A DNA stretch of 64,000 bases from Podarcis vaucheri (lineage: Eukaryota), in assembly GCA_965113315.1 (NCBI GenBank), contig OZ220364.1, one strand, 5' to 3'. The notes under the pieces are model-generated. The model ran no database searches, had not been told where the DNA came from, and saw nothing but the letters and a program-made list of their open reading frames with translations. The position numbers and the translations under genes are program-made. Positions 36,010-50,483 of the stretch are shown here, one piece after another (within the stretch, counting starts at the first letter, position 1; each line of letters starts with the position of its first letter).

Positions 36010-37930
36010 AAGGTACTCAACTTAAGCAGCAACATCACTTTAACTGTCTCCTGCACTGAGCTTCTACATACCTAGGCGTGCCTTCCCACAAACCTTTTAA
36101 TCGCAGAAGTCACGCTTCCTTCAACCTCCAGTTCACTTTTGGTACCATTCACATGAACCAGTTATTCCTGATTAAATCATGGCCCACAAGCTTAAACACT
36201 GCCATCTTGTTTGTCAGCATGTTTAATTGTGATAAGGGGGTGTTGCAGTGTCTTAGAGTAGTATTTTATATATTGTAGAGACCACCCTTCTGTTGTTAGG
36301 AGGAGTTTCTCAAAACTAGTCAGTGGCCTGGTGGACTTGGCAGCTTGCTGTATATAACAAGAGAGCTTAGTCCCTTTCCCTCCCAAAATGCTGCTTTGGG
36401 TTCCCCACCACCACCACCTCCCTTCCAGCAGCCCTGCACAAAAAGCACTCTCATTCTTCACATCTCCCACACCTCCTGCTTCTGCCATCAGAAGGCTCTT
36501 TGTTCTGTTCTGGTCCTCCTACTGAATGCTCCAAGTCTCATCCCAGCAGGAGCCTGAAATCTGTTTTCTTTAGTGGGACCATAAACATGGTGTATGTCAT
36601 TCTTCCCTCAAGAAAAGCAGCATGCTCCAGGTTCTTCTGCCCACCTCCCTTCTGCCCAGCTTCTCATTTCTTCACAAACTAACAAGTTTTACCCCCCTCC
36701 CCCCAAAAAAAAGGGTTCTGGGGAGACAAGCTGTCAGAAGGAAGGAGCTGATTAGTTAGAGACTTCTCCTTGTACTTGCCTTTGGGCTGCATGGAAGGGC
36801 AGCTGGGAGAGAGGCCAAAAACAGAGGAACATCATTGGGGAGATAAGTGGAGGCTGGGGGAGAAACAGGGATTCAGCTGAGGATGGGGTACCCAAATCAA
36901 GTGGGACACATCTAGCTATCTATTTTCTCTTCCAGGTGTACCAAACATGGCATCTTTCAGATGTTGTTGGACAATGACTCCCATCATCCCTGACCCATTG
37001 ACTCTGCTGATGGGAGTCTGACAACATCTGGAGAGCACCACATGGGCCTCCCTGGTTCTACACTAACTTCCCAGGGTTTCAGACAGGGAATCTTTCTCCA
37101 CCTACCAGGAGATGTCAGGGATTGAACCAGGGATCTTTGGCCTGTGAAACATCTGCTCTCCTGCTCAGACGTGGCCATTGGATCCAGCCTTTGGTCTCAT
37201 CAGGCAGGGTTCTCCTCAATTTTCGTAATTAAGATTGCTAAACTTTTATTTGATTGTGCCCTGAATGATATTGTTAATGGGAATAACATGCCACTGCCAC
37301 AGACAGTCTTTGCCGTCTTTAATGTGTGTTGCTGAAATTGACACACACACTCGTTGTTTGTTTTCCTGCTGGCTTTTAATCCCGTATTGTTAATGGAAGG
37401 TCATGGATGCAGTTAAACTTGTGTGTCAGCTTTAACATGTAGATTTGTATTAAAGTCAGATTTCATTTTGCATGCAAACGCACACACGCTTTAAAAAACA
37501 AGAACTGATGTGATTATTAACCCTCCCTCCTTTCCAAATGCTTTTAATTCTTCCCCGTCACAAAGAAGGAATGTGTCTCCAGCCCTCTCTTTCCAGGTAG
37601 TTGCAGCAAGTGCTTTGTCCCCCGGGTCTAGAAATGAAACTAACAAGCCCCAAGGGACACAGATAGCTGGGAGGATTTGCAGTGGGAAAGAATATGGTCT
37701 TATTTATAGCTCCTCGTGCCGGGTATACTGCTAGTATTTTAACTTTCCCCATGAATTTAGAGATGTCCACTGCCACCATGTGATGTGTAAGAAAAGGAAG
37801 TTTCCTTTTCGTTTACCTACACCTGGAAGTTACTCAAGTAACCTGGAATATGACGGAAAATAAGTTCTCTGCTGACTTGAAGGTCCATTTGTAACTTCAG
37901 TATTTAGTTGTCTCCTAAGCTTTACATATG

Positions 37931-38120
37931 CAGTCGCACCTTGGAAGTTGAACGGAATCTGTTCAGAAGCTCCTGCAGCCAATTGGAAGCCATGGAAGTC
38001 CCGTTGGACGTTTGGCTTCTGAAAGAACGTTCCAAAACCGGAACACTCACTTCCAGGTTTCAATCGTCCGGGAGCGTATTTGTTTGGGAGCCAAGGTGTT
38101 CGAGATCCAAGATACGACTG
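37931..38120. mobile_element. Tigger-like MITE family B
   Basis: TIR CAGTCGCACCTTGG / CCAAGATACGACTG. The core GAAGCTCCTGCAGCCAAT is shared with copies at 39780-40003, 47180-47429 and 58675-58925. Confidence 0.8.
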
Positions 38121-38683
38121 TATTTGCTCTCTCTCTCCCCCCCCTTTAATTTAGTGAGGATTTTAGATAAGCATTTATAAAATATCAAGACATTACGGTG
38201 AGTAATTCCGTCATCATAAAATGTGCAATTGGACTCCAAACACCTCTTACATTCTGATATTAAGTGGAATGCACCAGTTTTGCAGTTACCTTAGCTATTT
38301 CATTTCCCCTGAATCAGAAATTTATTTCCATTGTTCTGCAAATATGATCTTGCTGCAACGCACTGGGCCATGTAAATTCATAGGAGAAGCCATTCCACAC
38401 ACACACCCTGTCACTTATATGATCTGCCTACCTCATATTGATATGCATAGCAAGAACAGTCTTCATTTCTTAAGCCAAAATCTGCAGCATGAAGACAGAA
38501 ATTACATAATAAGCTAGTGCTGCCTAGTGATTTAAAAGAGTCAGCTGTGGACTGGGATGAACTAGGAAATTCACCTTGGCCTTCTAAGCTATCCGACATG
38601 CCTTAGGCAAGCCAATCTCTTAGCCTCAATTTCCCCATTTGTTCTATGGGGAATGCTGTCCTATCGTCTGTATTTATAGTATA

Positions 38684-39033
38684 AAAGGTAAAGGGACCCC
38701 TGACCATTAGGTCCAGTCGTGACTGACTCTGGGGTTGCGGCGCTCATCTCGCTTTATTGGCCGAGGGAGCCGGCGTACAGCTTCCGGGTCATGTGGCCAG
38801 CATGTCTAAGCTGCTTCTGATGAACCAGAGCAGTGCACGGAAACGCCGTTTACCTTCCCGCCGGAGCGGTACCTATTTATCTACTTGCACTTTGACGTGC
38901 TTTCGAACTGCTAGGTTGGCAGGAGCAGGGACCGAGCAACGGGAGCTCACCCCGTCACGGGGATTTGAACCGCTGACCTTCTGATTGGCAAGTCCTAGCT
39001 CTGTGGTTTAACCCACAGCGCCACCCACGTCCC
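38684..39033 (-). mobile_element. Sauria SINE
   Basis: Perfect 12-bp TSD ATTTATAGTATA at 38672-38683 and 39034-39045. Confidence 0.92.
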
Positions 39034-39779
39034 ATTTATAGTATACAAGAAGCATATTGTGCATTTGGCATTCATAGAGAATGTTTCTTACACTGATTCT
39101 CCTTAAACCTATGTGAACATAGACACATACGCAAATACCCATTGCTGGGGAGTCACAATTGGAGAGGCCTATTGCCTTTGCCCTGGCTGGCCACTGTTGG
39201 AAGCTTTGGTCTGATAGGATGAATGGACATTTGGCTTGATCCAGCAGAACTGTTTTTTTGTATTTGCTCAATAGATTTTGACTGATCTCGATGCCAGCAA
39301 TTATTCGTGGTCACCACAGACTGCACTCCTTCCCCCATCTTTCCTGTTATGCTGAGACGATTTAGCTTCTCACTTTGTTCCAGACGTTTAAGACATTTAT
39401 GAGAAGTGAGAATCTCTGCTCTGTTTCAGGGGTCTGTGAAGCCCAAGTGTGAAGTGTAAGTCCGATGCTTTCTTCTCCTATGTTCTGAGCACATGACAGA
39501 CGGCTCAAGAGAGGGCAGGGTCTGTCACTCACCAGCCTCTTCTCAGATCTTTGTGAGGCACAGAGAGTTAACAGGAAGGGCATCTCACTTTGTGATGGGC
39601 ATCGTGGTCACCAGAAAGACACCTGGAGTTACTGCTGGTTGCTTGGTGAACGCATGCGAAGAGCACATTTGTTCAATATCCTTGAATATTTTGATGGTCA
39701 CTATGTTGGAGATACTTTTAAGAGCAGCTCTTAAAAATAATCAGTAAATGTAGCAAAAGCTAGATTCTTCCAACTGAAT

Positions 39780-40003
39780 CCAATAGTTGGAAGTCGAACG
39801 GAAGTCGGACTTCTGAAACATTCAGAAATCAAAGGGCGGCTTCTCATTGGCTTCAGGAAGCTCCTGCAGCCAATCAGAAGCCATGGAACCCCATCGGATG
39901 TTTGGCTTTCAAAAATAGTTCACAAACTGGAACAGTCACTTCTGGGTTTGCGGCATTCAGGAACAAAAACGTTCAGGAACTAAGCTGTTCGGCAACCAAG
40001 GAA
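39780..40003. mobile_element. Tigger-like MITE family B (degraded ends)
   Basis: Shared family B core. Confidence 0.7.
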
Positions 40004-41181
40004 TACTCCCTTTCTATAAAGAGATACACTCTTAGACGTGTTTAAATACTCTTTTTTAAAAAAGTAAAATCTGAAAATTTTGGAAGTAATATAGAGATTT
40101 GACAGTCATAGCAACTTTTCAAATCTGAAGCAGCAGATTAAGCAAATGCCAGAACATCTTCAGCTGTACGAAAAGCTTTCCCAATTTAGGTAGAGATTAG
40201 CTAGGGGGGAAAGCACAGCACATAGAGGTAATGGAGTTTAATTGCGATTTCCAGTGATAGTTCAGTGTTAAAATCCAATCTTGTTAACGCTTCTTTACAT
40301 GCACACAATTTGGTTTTGATTTTCACATATCATGCTTTAAATCATACCTTAAAGTGCTCGCAAAAAGAAATGTCTATTTTTGTTCACCTGGAAACAGACA
40401 GTTGTCTAGAACAACCTTTGCTGTCCCACCAACCCACCCACCAGCCTGTGTTTATACACTTGAGGGATGCTCTCCTGATAATACTCTCTACTTGTTTGTC
40501 AGCATAGTGAAAAAGGGAACCATGCAAAAGCTGGTCTGTTCAGGAACGTTCAGATTTACCCCCTCACGCATTTAAAGCGCACGAGAGAGAGCTGTGGGGT
40601 CAGCTCTGCCCCACTGCTGTTAAATCTGCTGCTTCATTGAGTAGTGGGAAAGGGTTGTTGTGTTCATGTGTCAATGCACATGCAACAAACAACTCCATGT
40701 GGCCCTTGTGCTATTCAGGATCTCCCCTCATATAGAGAAGCAGAATGTACTTGCCAAGTGTGCAGCCAGCAGAGGAGAAAGAATGGTTGGTGGAGGAATA
40801 GACAGTGTTGGGGGTGCAAGCTTCAGTGACCCCGCAGAACCCTTATATTTGCTTTGAACAAATGAAGGGGTTTGTTTGTCCATACCTCACATGGGGAAGT
40901 CAAACAGAAGTTCCAGGTCTGTTTTGGGTTTTACCACAGAAGTTGCCGAAATATAGTTTGATCCCTAGAGAAAACGTTTGGTTCTGGAACGTTATCCTTT
41001 CTGAGAGGTACCATATCAAATTATGTGGCAAAGGCCCCTGCTATCAGCCCCAGCTACATAACCATAGAACTTTGAACTTCATAGCGGTACCATTGGAGGA
41101 GACCATAAAAATAAATAGTATTGCACTCTCCTGGTCCAACGTTGCCACGGGGTGGGGTGGGGAAAGGGAGAAGGTGTACCA

Positions 41182-41432
41182 CATGGGTTGGCAAACTAAG
41201 GCCCAGGGGCCAGATCTGGCCCGATCGCCTTCTAAATCTGGCCCGTGGACAGTCTGGGAATCACTGTGTTTTTACATGAGTAGAATGTGTGCTTTTATTT
41301 AAAATGCATCTCTGGGTTATTTGTGGGGCATAGGAATCCGTTCTCCCCCCCCTTCCAAAATATAGTCCGGCCCCCCACAAGGTCTGAGGGACAGTGGACC
41401 GGCCCCCTGCTGAACAAGTTTGCTGACCCCTG
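41182..41432. mobile_element. hAT-Charlie-like non-autonomous element
   Basis: TIR CATGGGTTGGCAAACT / AGTTTGCTGACCCCTG and GGCCC subterminal motifs. Confidence 0.75.
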
Positions 41433-42700
41433 ATCTACTACTTACTTTGAAAAGGTGCCACGTCTCTCTCTGGCATGGCATCATTGCAAGGAAGTCTTGG
41501 AGGTTCAGGAAACAGGAAGCAGTACACCTTCCTGTGTAAAAGAGGTGGCACTTTTTTAAGGTAGGCAGAGGTGCCAAGTTTCAGCAGAGGTTTGGAAGCC
41601 ACTGGAAGGAGCTGTCCTAGATACTAGTGGATTTACATTGATTTGCCCCTAGAGATGTGGATCTGGTTGGATTTTAGGAAGTTCTGGAAGCATATTTATC
41701 CATCAGTTGAGCAATGCGCAGGATCTGGGGATCTGGTGGGATTCTGGACCTTCCTATGCAAGGCCCAAGTTGACCTCTTGCTTGAGGTAAATTGCCTGAT
41801 CCCATGCAAGCCTTTAGGTGTGTCAACAATGATGATATGTGGGTTTCCCTGAAAATCTGCATAGGGTAATTTGCATTAGAAAATTTAGCATATTTACTTG
41901 TATTTAGTAAACAAAGCTAGAAAAAAAGACACTAGTGTTAATTTTTGTCCCAGCATACTTCAAATATTTCACCATGAATATTGGAGGGGCGGGTGGGTAA
42001 GGAACTAAAACATACTTTATGTGATTATAAATATTATATTGGACAGAAATTTTAATTGGAATACTACTTAAAGACAACAGCATTTCAGACAACCATTTCA
42101 TTGTTTAAATCTCAATAAAAAACACGAAAGAAGGGAATGTGTAATTAAAGATAAAATATGGATGATTCTCAGAGACGTTGAAGGAAGTTCAGAAAGAGAC
42201 AATTTGTAGAAATTTGGATAAAAATGTATAATTGTATGGAAAACCAATAGAAATTTATTTTAAAAATAAAAATAAAAAACACAAATGTACCGAAAACTGT
42301 TGACACGCCAACAAATTTCTGGCAACCCAAAGAATTGTGTACAATATGCTGACTCACAATACTTTCTCGGGCTAATAACCTGAAAAATGTTAATTGCAGC
42401 TACGAATCTGCCAAGCTTGCCTAATATTGTATTTGCCGTTAGCATCCATTCATTGTTACTAATGCACTTACAAAGCAGAGCAATTTCCACAAAAAACAAT
42501 GCACTGAATTGAAAAAATAGAGGGATGAAAAGGGGAGACAGAAATGAAACACGGTTTAGGTCTCCAGATTATCGTTTCTGCATTCTCCTCCTACTTTTCT
42601 TTCTTTTCTTTTTTACTTCTAAATAAGACTTTAGGTATATAGCTATATTAGTACAGTATTCAAAATGAGTAATAACAGCCGTGAGAGCCACTGAGTATTA

Positions 42701-42910
42701 GAGTCATACCTTGGGTTGCGAACGTGATCTGTGCAGGAGGCACGTTTGCAACCTGCAGCACCGCGTCTGCGCATGCGCGTGATGCGATTCAGCATTTCTG
42801 TGCATGCGCAAAGCGCCGAAATCCGGAAGTAACCCATTCCGGTACTTCTGGGTTCAGCGCGGTCCGTAAAAACGCGCAACCCGCAGTGTTCTGAACCTGA
42901 GTTATGACTG
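42701..42910. mobile_element. Tigger-like MITE (CpG-rich)
   Basis: TA-GAGTCATACCTTGGGTT...AACCTGAGTTATGACTG-TA. Confidence 0.75.
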
Positions 42911-43517
42911 TATTAAGAGCTGGTACAAAAGCACAAAATAAAATTAGCAATTAACATTCTCCTACATTTTTATCTAGAAAAGCCTGTCTAAATTTTGCTG
43001 CTAAGAAAGCAAACTAGGTCACTTCTAATGTTACATATTTATCCTTGTAATTTAGCATTTATCTAAATCTATAAAACAATGGCCAGCTTCTATTTTTGGC
43101 AAAAGAAGAACAACGCCAAGTGTTCCTTCTAGAGTGCTATGTAAGAGAGTATAAATAAAATAAACATGCAGAATAAAACTTCTGCCTTGTGTGTTTGTGC
43201 ATGCATGATTAAACTTTTAGTAGATAAAAAAAAAACTGTTTTCTGAAGCATTTGATGAATAAAAGTCCTCTCTGTGGCAACTCTGGAATTGTTGGTGTGA
43301 GAATAGGTGCTTGCTTTAATAAGTTTTGAACAGTTCTTATAGGGTTGTTTTAGTATTGGCATATTTGCTGCCCTTGGCTCCTTTGAGGATATAAATTTAA
43401 TTAATTTACTACTACTACTACTACCATAATAATATTGTGAGTATGTGTGTGTACAAAGAGAGGGGTGCCTATGTAGTGTATCTCCAAAGTGCTGTCCTTC
43501 CGGAGTTTTCTACTCTC

Positions 43518-43665
43518 CAGTGGCATAGCGTGGGGGGTGCAGGGGGGGGCGGCTGCACCGGAGCTCAACATCTGGGGGTTAGGGTTAGGGTGTGCAAATC
43601 CACAGCTTAGGGGGCGCAAATTACTTGCCTTGCCCCGGGTGCTGACAACCCATGCTACGCCACTG
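43518..43665. mobile_element. hAT non-autonomous element
   Basis: TIR CAGTGGCATAGC / GCTACGCCACTG; 8-bp TSD CTACTC(T/C)C. Confidence 0.85.
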
Positions 43666-44510
43666 CTACTCCCTGTGGTTTTTTCTCTTGTTTCACAGTT
43701 TCTCATTGCTCTTGTTAGGCGCGGACAAAGATTTAATCGTCATTCACCTTTTAAATCTGAATTTTTACTTAAGATTTTAGCATTCAGCATGTAGTTAGAA
43801 GAAACAGCATTACACAGAAAATTAAGGATTTTAAGGCACCCTAGACAAATGGAGGAATGCAAAATCGTGACTGCATGTTACTCTTGAATATCAAGGGAGA
43901 TATTGGAAAAGCTGGGTACTGGTATAAAGAACACTCCGACAGGAACATTTAGTTCATTAACTTAATTGTAATGATGGAGAGAGAGTAAAGGATAATCTCC
44001 CACTGTCTATGTTTCTTTATCTGTTTGCAGCACAGTATTCCACAGTCTCTGTAAGGACAAGGGCAGCAATTTAAGTCACCTGTGGATAAGTTACTGAAAT
44101 GCCCATTTTTTCCAATGGAGCTACTCCTATTGTAGGATGCAGCCCATTATCATTACTAATTACCTAATATTCCACATTATGGAGTTCTTTGGTATATGAG
44201 AGCTGAAACCTGATGTGAAAGTCCTTGTGTGCTAACAAAAAACCAAACACATTTCTAATAAATTCCTAATCAGCCATTTCCCTGTTTGTTGAGGTGACAG
44301 GAAAGTCTAAAGGTTTGCTTGTTCATAACAGCTGTCATTTAACTACAATGCAGCTGAACTCAGCGATTCCTAAATAGACCATAACCATAAAAGATCTACC
44401 TGTCAACTTACAAGTCAGAAACTCCTTTGGTTCAAAGTTTGAACACAGTATTTTCGGAGTTCTCTTTCCATACTACTAAAAGAAATAGGCACTATGCACT
44501 TGATTACAAT

Positions 44511-45061
44511 ATCATCAAGGGAAGTAATAGTGCCACTGTATTCTGCTCTGGTCAGACCTCACCTGGAGTACTGTGTCCAGTTCTGGGCACCACAGTTCAA
44601 GAAGGACACTGACAAACTGGAACGTGTCCGGAGTAGGGCAACCAAAATGGTCAAAGGTCTGGAAACGATGCCTTATGAGGAACGGCTAAAGGAGCTGGGC
44701 ATGTTTAGCCTGGAGAAGAGGAGGTTAAGGGGTGATATGATAGCCATGTTCAAATATATAAAAGGATGTCACATAGAGGAGGGAAAAGGTTGTTTTCTGC
44801 TGCTCCAGAGAAGCGGACACGGAGCAATGGATCCAAACTACAAGAAAGAACATTCCACCTAAACATTAGGAAGAACTTCCTGACAGTAAGAGCTGTTCGA
44901 CAGTGGAATTTGCTGCCGAGGAGTGTGGTGGAGTCTCCTACTTTGGAGGTATTTAAGCAGAGGCTTGACAACCATATGTCAGGAGTGCTCTGATGGTGTT
45001 TCCTGCTTGGCAGGGGGTTGGACTTGATGGCCCTTGTGGTCTATTCCAACTCTATGATTCT
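44511..45061 (+). mobile_element. Young CR1 LINE 3' fragment
   Basis: [38 protein letters not shown]...[19 protein letters not shown]; ATTCTATG tail. Confidence 0.95.
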
Positions 45062-45274
45062 ATGGTACCTCGGGTTAAGAACTTAATTCGTTCCGGAGGT
45101 CCGTTCTTAACCTGAAACTCTTCTTAACCTGAGGTACCACTTTAGCTAATGGGGCTTCCCGCTGCCGCCGCACGATTTCTGTTCTCATCCTGAGGTAAAG
45201 TTCTTAACCTGAGGTACTATTTCTGGGTTAGTGGAGTCTGTAACCTGAAGCGTCTGTAACCCAAGGTACCACTG
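45062..45274 (+). mobile_element. Tigger-like MITE family A, copy 7 (left TIR tip probably at 44507-44510)
   Basis: Family body with intact right TIR plus TA; left TIR lacks its first bases. Confidence 0.88.
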
Positions 45275-47179
45275 TAGTTGTCATTTTCCTTTTCCTTTTG
45301 CTGACTTACAAGTTACGTTAGGAAGTACTGATGAAAGCCTGGTCACTGGAGAGTGAAGTGAACCAGTGACTTCTCCAGGGTAGGGTCTTCTGCTCTTTCC
45401 CCAGGCCGCACGGGTGTGAGGAAATGACAACCACAATTTTCCTGGCATTGAAGAAACTGTGCAGCAGACAGAAGCATGCTATTCAGTTGTGGAACAAATT
45501 GGGAGTCCCACTCATTGGATTCCCTTGTCGGACGTCCCATCAAAGGCACAGATGTTGGGAGCTTCCCTTCTTCACATGTTTAACATATTCTTGGAGGGGA
45601 TGCCTGAACGTGGACAGTGTTCACTCATTCTCTCTCTCCCCCCCAACCCAGTTAAGTAGAGATTTGTCAAAAGACCACTACCCAAAGACATGCAGTTATG
45701 ACAGTGTCAGAGATCATTTCTGTGGTTCCATCTCTGTTCCTGAGAAAAATGAGGAAGAGGCACATCTCCGTGATATAGGAGTATGGTTTTTGTGTCACAC
45801 AAAGGCAAACCATAGCCTTGCACAAAAATATGACCCCTTGGAGAGTAGATTGTAGTTGCTTTGCTCCTCCCCGGTCATTTTGTGCTGGGTTTAGCTCTCT
45901 CCACAAAAGTCATGAGCTATAACCAAGGGGTTTTCAATGGTTTTCAGCTTGTGGTTTGTCTGGGAGAGCTATACTATGAGCCTAGTTTCAGACTACATGC
46001 TGAGGCAAACTTTAACTTAGTTCACTTAGTGCAGCAGCAGAGTGACCAGGCAATAGCAAAGCAGATGCAGTCTGACTAAGTTCTGACTAAGCCATGTTTT
46101 GGCTCAGCACAACGTGGGAACCATATGCAGTAGGAAGTCCCAGGTCCAATCTCCTTTTTTAGGTGGTCTCAAGCAGCAGGACTGGGAAAGAGTTCCGCAG
46201 GTGGTTGTGGAGAACAGGGGTAGACAATAAAGACCTAGATGGACCTCAAGTAACAAGATAGACACAGAGTATGGAAGGTTCATATGCTCACACTCCAAAA
46301 CATGGCTCCGTTCTTCAGCTAAAGCACCCACACTGAGTACCTCCAAAGAGATTTTTATATGGTATTACAGTGCAGAATTTCCCTCTTTTCTTCTTTCTTT
46401 TTTTGAGATTCTGTTGTGAATGCCATTACAAGGCTCATTTTGTGTGTTTTTTGAGATATTAAAAAAAAAATCTCCACGTTGAGGCAACTTTGAGTGATTA
46501 GAAACAGCTGTTCTGTGAATTATTCTGCAATGAATGAATTTCTGAGAGCATCTCTTTCCTGTAATCGAGTTTCCCAAAACAACAAAGATGATTGGTATTC
46601 TTTGTGTATAAATAAGGAAATAAGAGTTTGTGGGGAGAATGAAGAATCTTTTAATAAAACATCGTCCCTTTTCTACTTTTCGCTCATCTGAGAAAATCAA
46701 TTTTGGGGTTTTTTCAAGTGCAGAAGAGAGATCAAAAGGAAGAACTGACAATCTAAACAAAGGGCAAGGTGCGAAGCGTTGCTTGCTCTCTATTCCCTGG
46801 TGAGCTTTATCTAGGCATTTCTCTAAGCAGAATGCACTTGCTGAAAAATAAAGTTTATGCCACACACCCTCCCATAAATCAATAATGTTATGAGTTATAG
46901 AATTTTAAATGGAAAAGAGCTTCAAAATATCAAGTGCTAGATTAATTTTTATGGCATTTCTAGGTTTCTTGCGACTGGAAAAATGACATACAGAGGCTTA
47001 TTCAAATAGTTTTCAGGTGCAAGTTAACACGCAGCACTAAGCGAAACCATAACTTAGCACAAATGAGCAAATATTTAGGTTCCTGGAGTGAAGCTCATAG
47101 CCATAGCTTTCCACTCCTGGTCCTGATGCTGCCACACTACCTGAGGCTAAGCTATGGTTTAGAATTTGGCTTAGCGTTC

Positions 47180-47429
47180 CAGTCGAACCTTGGAAGTTGA
47201 ACGCCTTGGCAGTCGAATGTTTTGACTTCTGAATGTTGCAAACCCAGAAGTGATTGTTCTGGTTTGTGAATGTTCTTTGGAACTCACACGTCTCTTGTGG
47301 CTTCTGCGGCTTCCGATTGGCTGCAGGAGCTTCCTGTAGCCAATCGGAAGCCGCGCTTTGGTTTCCAAACATTTGGGAAGTCAAATGGACTTCCAGAATG
47401 GTTTCCGTTTGACTTCCGAGGTACCACCG
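47180..47429. mobile_element. Tigger-like MITE family B
   Basis: Shared core in reverse orientation, with TIR-like ends. Confidence 0.8.
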
Positions 47430-48038
47430 TATGTCCAAACTGAGGGTCATGGTTTGTACCCCCCAGGCAAACCATAAACAGTAAACCAAGAACAAATATT
47501 GGTTATAGCTTGTGGGTTATCTAGAGTAAGACAAGCCATGAGCCTGGGTTCAGACATAATGCTAAGTCAAACCATGGCAGGACTAGAGAAGCAGCACAGT
47601 GCCTACGATCCGGCTAAGCTATGGTTTATGTTCAAACCCAGTTGGTGAAGAAGCAGCACCAAGGGCTGAGTGCAGCAGTCATGGTCTTCATTCTGGGAAC
47701 CCACACATTTCCTGATTCATGTTAAACCGTGGTTTGGATTGGATTAGTGTCATGTGTGAACTGGGCCAGTGTATCCTACATACCTCATTGAGGACAATGC
47801 TACTTATACAGAGAAGAGTTAAAGTGAAGGAGACAAAAAAAAAATATTTATGCAAAAATTGCAAAAATTAGAATACTTCCCCCATTCCCCATTTCACAGT
47901 AAATATGACTACTTCTACCATAGAAAGCACAAGGAACTTTGGAATAGCCCTACATTACTGTTCTGCCCTACTATTTGAGCTATGAGTTCCAACAACCTCA
48001 GCCAGCTTGATAGAAATTGTAGACCTAAACCTCTAGAG

Positions 48039-48174
48039 CAGCCTTTCTCAACCTTGGGTTCCAAGATGTTGTTGGACTATAACTTACACCATTCCTAGGC
48101 AGCATGGCCAGTGGCCAGGGATGGTGGGAATTGTTGTCCGAAAACAGCTAGAGACCCAAGTTTGGGAAACACTG
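48039..48174. mobile_element. Palindromic hAT-type MITE
   Basis: CAGCCTTTCTCAACCTTGGGT...ACCCAAGTTTGGGAAACACTG arms. Confidence 0.7.
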
Positions 48175-50029
48175 GTGTCAAGGTTCTCCACATGAGGAAG
48201 GGAGGAGATATTGGGTCAAACTTGACTTCCAGAATCCAAAGATCTCTATCATTTGTTCTTGAAGGCTTTGGAATTGTGTCTTGAGCAGCAAACACACACA
48301 GCATCGTGTAGCAAGTACCGATAAAATTCAAGAGCTGGTTATAGACATGATGTGTGTTTGGTGTGAGGTATGTAGCCTGTTAAATACTAATATATATATT
48401 TAAAAAAATTATCTAACACAGACGTCACCAACATGGTACACTCCAGATGTTGCTGGACTCCAGTTTCCACCAGTCCCAGTCAGCGTAGCCAGTGGCCAGA
48501 CAGTATGGGAGTTGTAGTCCAACAACATTTGAAGGATGCACTTTGGCTACCCAAGGCCTCAAATGTAACTGAATAGAGATAAGCTTTTTTTTGGGGGGGG
48601 TACCTAAAACCACTCTTTGAACCCCAGCTTTAGTATCCAACCTCTTCAGAGCATCAGTTATTGAGTCGCCTTGTTTCTTATAATGAAAATTGCATTGGGT
48701 CAACTTTCTACTTTGGATCCTGGTCTTAGAAAACAACATCATTCTGGCTTGGGGAATTGTTTGGGAGAGGAGAATAGCTTTTGGTCTTGTTTGAGTAGTT
48801 TCAGGCGACTCGATCCCTCGATAGCATCCTTGGAGATGTCAGCAGAAAATTGCCAACTGTGCCCCCTTGGTCTGCGATGTCAAGGAAGTGACATTGTAAT
48901 ATTTCATTGCTTTATGTCACCAGCAAAAGTGTGTTAGCATTTCTTTCAGTTTAAAGGAACCCTCACTTTATTTTCCCCTCCCCTGAATGCTTGTTGAGAG
49001 GAGACCTGGGGTCCAGCTGAAAAGCCAGTCTTTGAGAAAGAAGAGAAGGATGAGGGCAACTTTTTGTGTCAAACCAGAATAGGCTCTAGAAAGCACCCTA
49101 CAAATGTATTAGTTATATCAACAGCTACACCCCCACTCCCAGAGGAAATGTGTTCCATTTGATTTTTGATGCATTAAAGTGGTAGGCATATATCTGATCT
49201 TGATTGTTATATATATAGAAACATGTTAGGATGGATATTGAATTATTGAGATTTGAATGAATGATTTTATTGCAGTCTGAAATGTTGTTTATTTATGAGC
49301 CAGGATATCTATGTTTAATCATACAGCGGTAAGCTTACAAGTCTTAATCAAAGTTTAGGCTTATTATCATGTTTTGTGTCTGCGCTTCTATTTCTGCTCA
49401 TGAGTGGCCTTTTTCATTTATTGATTCATTTAAAATTTTTATCTCCTCCCTCATCCTTCGAGGCAGCATGGAAAGAGAAAGCAGATCCTTAAATCTCCCT
49501 TCACCAAAAATGTGTTGGGGATAATATGCTCTGTTGTTTTTGTAATTTCGCCTTCCCAGATGTTGCACTAGGAGAAGGCCAGGTCGTGCAACGTAACAGG
49601 TTGGCCTTCTTCCTCCACCAACAGCTGAAGCCCCCTGTACGTCTTGGAAAGCTTCTTGTGATAATTGAAGGCTTGTCAAACGTTGTGAATCATATGGGGT
49701 TGCAGGAGGAGGGAATGATCACCCCAAATCAGGTGGATGAAATCATGTGCTCTGTTTGTGCAAAATTATTGCACCTGTTGTGAGGCTATCAGCCTCTCCC
49801 AGTATGAACCCATATGGCTCAATATTTACTAAGTACCTCCTATACTCTGAATCCAAACTTCAATGTCTAAAATCCCTGGTAGAGGACAAGGATGCTGAGA
49901 TCACGTTAAGGGTAGCCAAATTATGTGTGATTGCCATAAAACTTAGGGAACAAGCTGTGCTATCATAATGAATAAGGTTTTAAATGATAATTTTAGGTTA
50001 CATGTTAGTGACTAAGATCTGATTTCTTT

Positions 50030-50257
50030 CAGCAAGGCCTGTAAGACAGAGTTGTTCCGCCTGGCCTTTGGCTTAGAATCAGTTTGATTCCCTCCCCCTC
50101 TTTCTTTTTCCTTTCTCCTCCTGTGAAGAGGCTGCATCCTAATGTTTTAATGTTGTATTTTAATCTTGTTTTTTAAATTGTATTTTAATCAACTTGTTTT
50201 TATTATTGGTTGTTAGCCATCCTGAGCCCGGTCTTGGCTAGGGAGGGCGGGGTATAA

Positions 50258-50258
<1 letters not shown>
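50030..50258 (+). mobile_element. L2-like LINE 3' end
   Basis: ...TGTTAGCCATCCTGAGCCC...GGGAGGGCGGGGTATAAAT followed by (ATT)n. Confidence 0.65.
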
Positions 50259-50310
<52 letters not shown>

Positions 50311-50338
50311 CATCATCATCATCATCATTATTATTATT
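50258..50338. repeat. (ATT)n(CAT)n microsatellite
   Basis: Seen directly. Confidence 0.95.
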
Positions 50339-50483
50339 TTATTTTTAAACTGTTGCTATATCTGTTTTGTCCCTGTTATACCTAATTGCAAATTCAAGTG
50401 TATCTCTATCGTGTTTTATGGCTTCCTTGATATTGTATGTGGGCTGGAACTGGTCTGTGACCGAAATAATAAAATTCATTCAC
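50337..50483 (+). mobile_element. Short 3'-end copy of the same LINE as 341-1198
   Basis: Near-identical to the reverse complement of ~341-485 (CTTCCTTGATATTGTATGTGGGCTGGAACTGGTCTGTGACCGAAATAATAAAATTCA). Confidence 0.85.

Noticed and set aside
43576-43590. Interstitial telomeric repeat GGGTTAGGGTTAGGG
   Set aside because: Only 2.5 units and internal to a hAT MITE; no evidence of a fusion site.
49398-49783. Coding-looking stretch with ORFs on both strands
   Set aside because: No recognisable protein family in the frames I translated and no convincing splice context.
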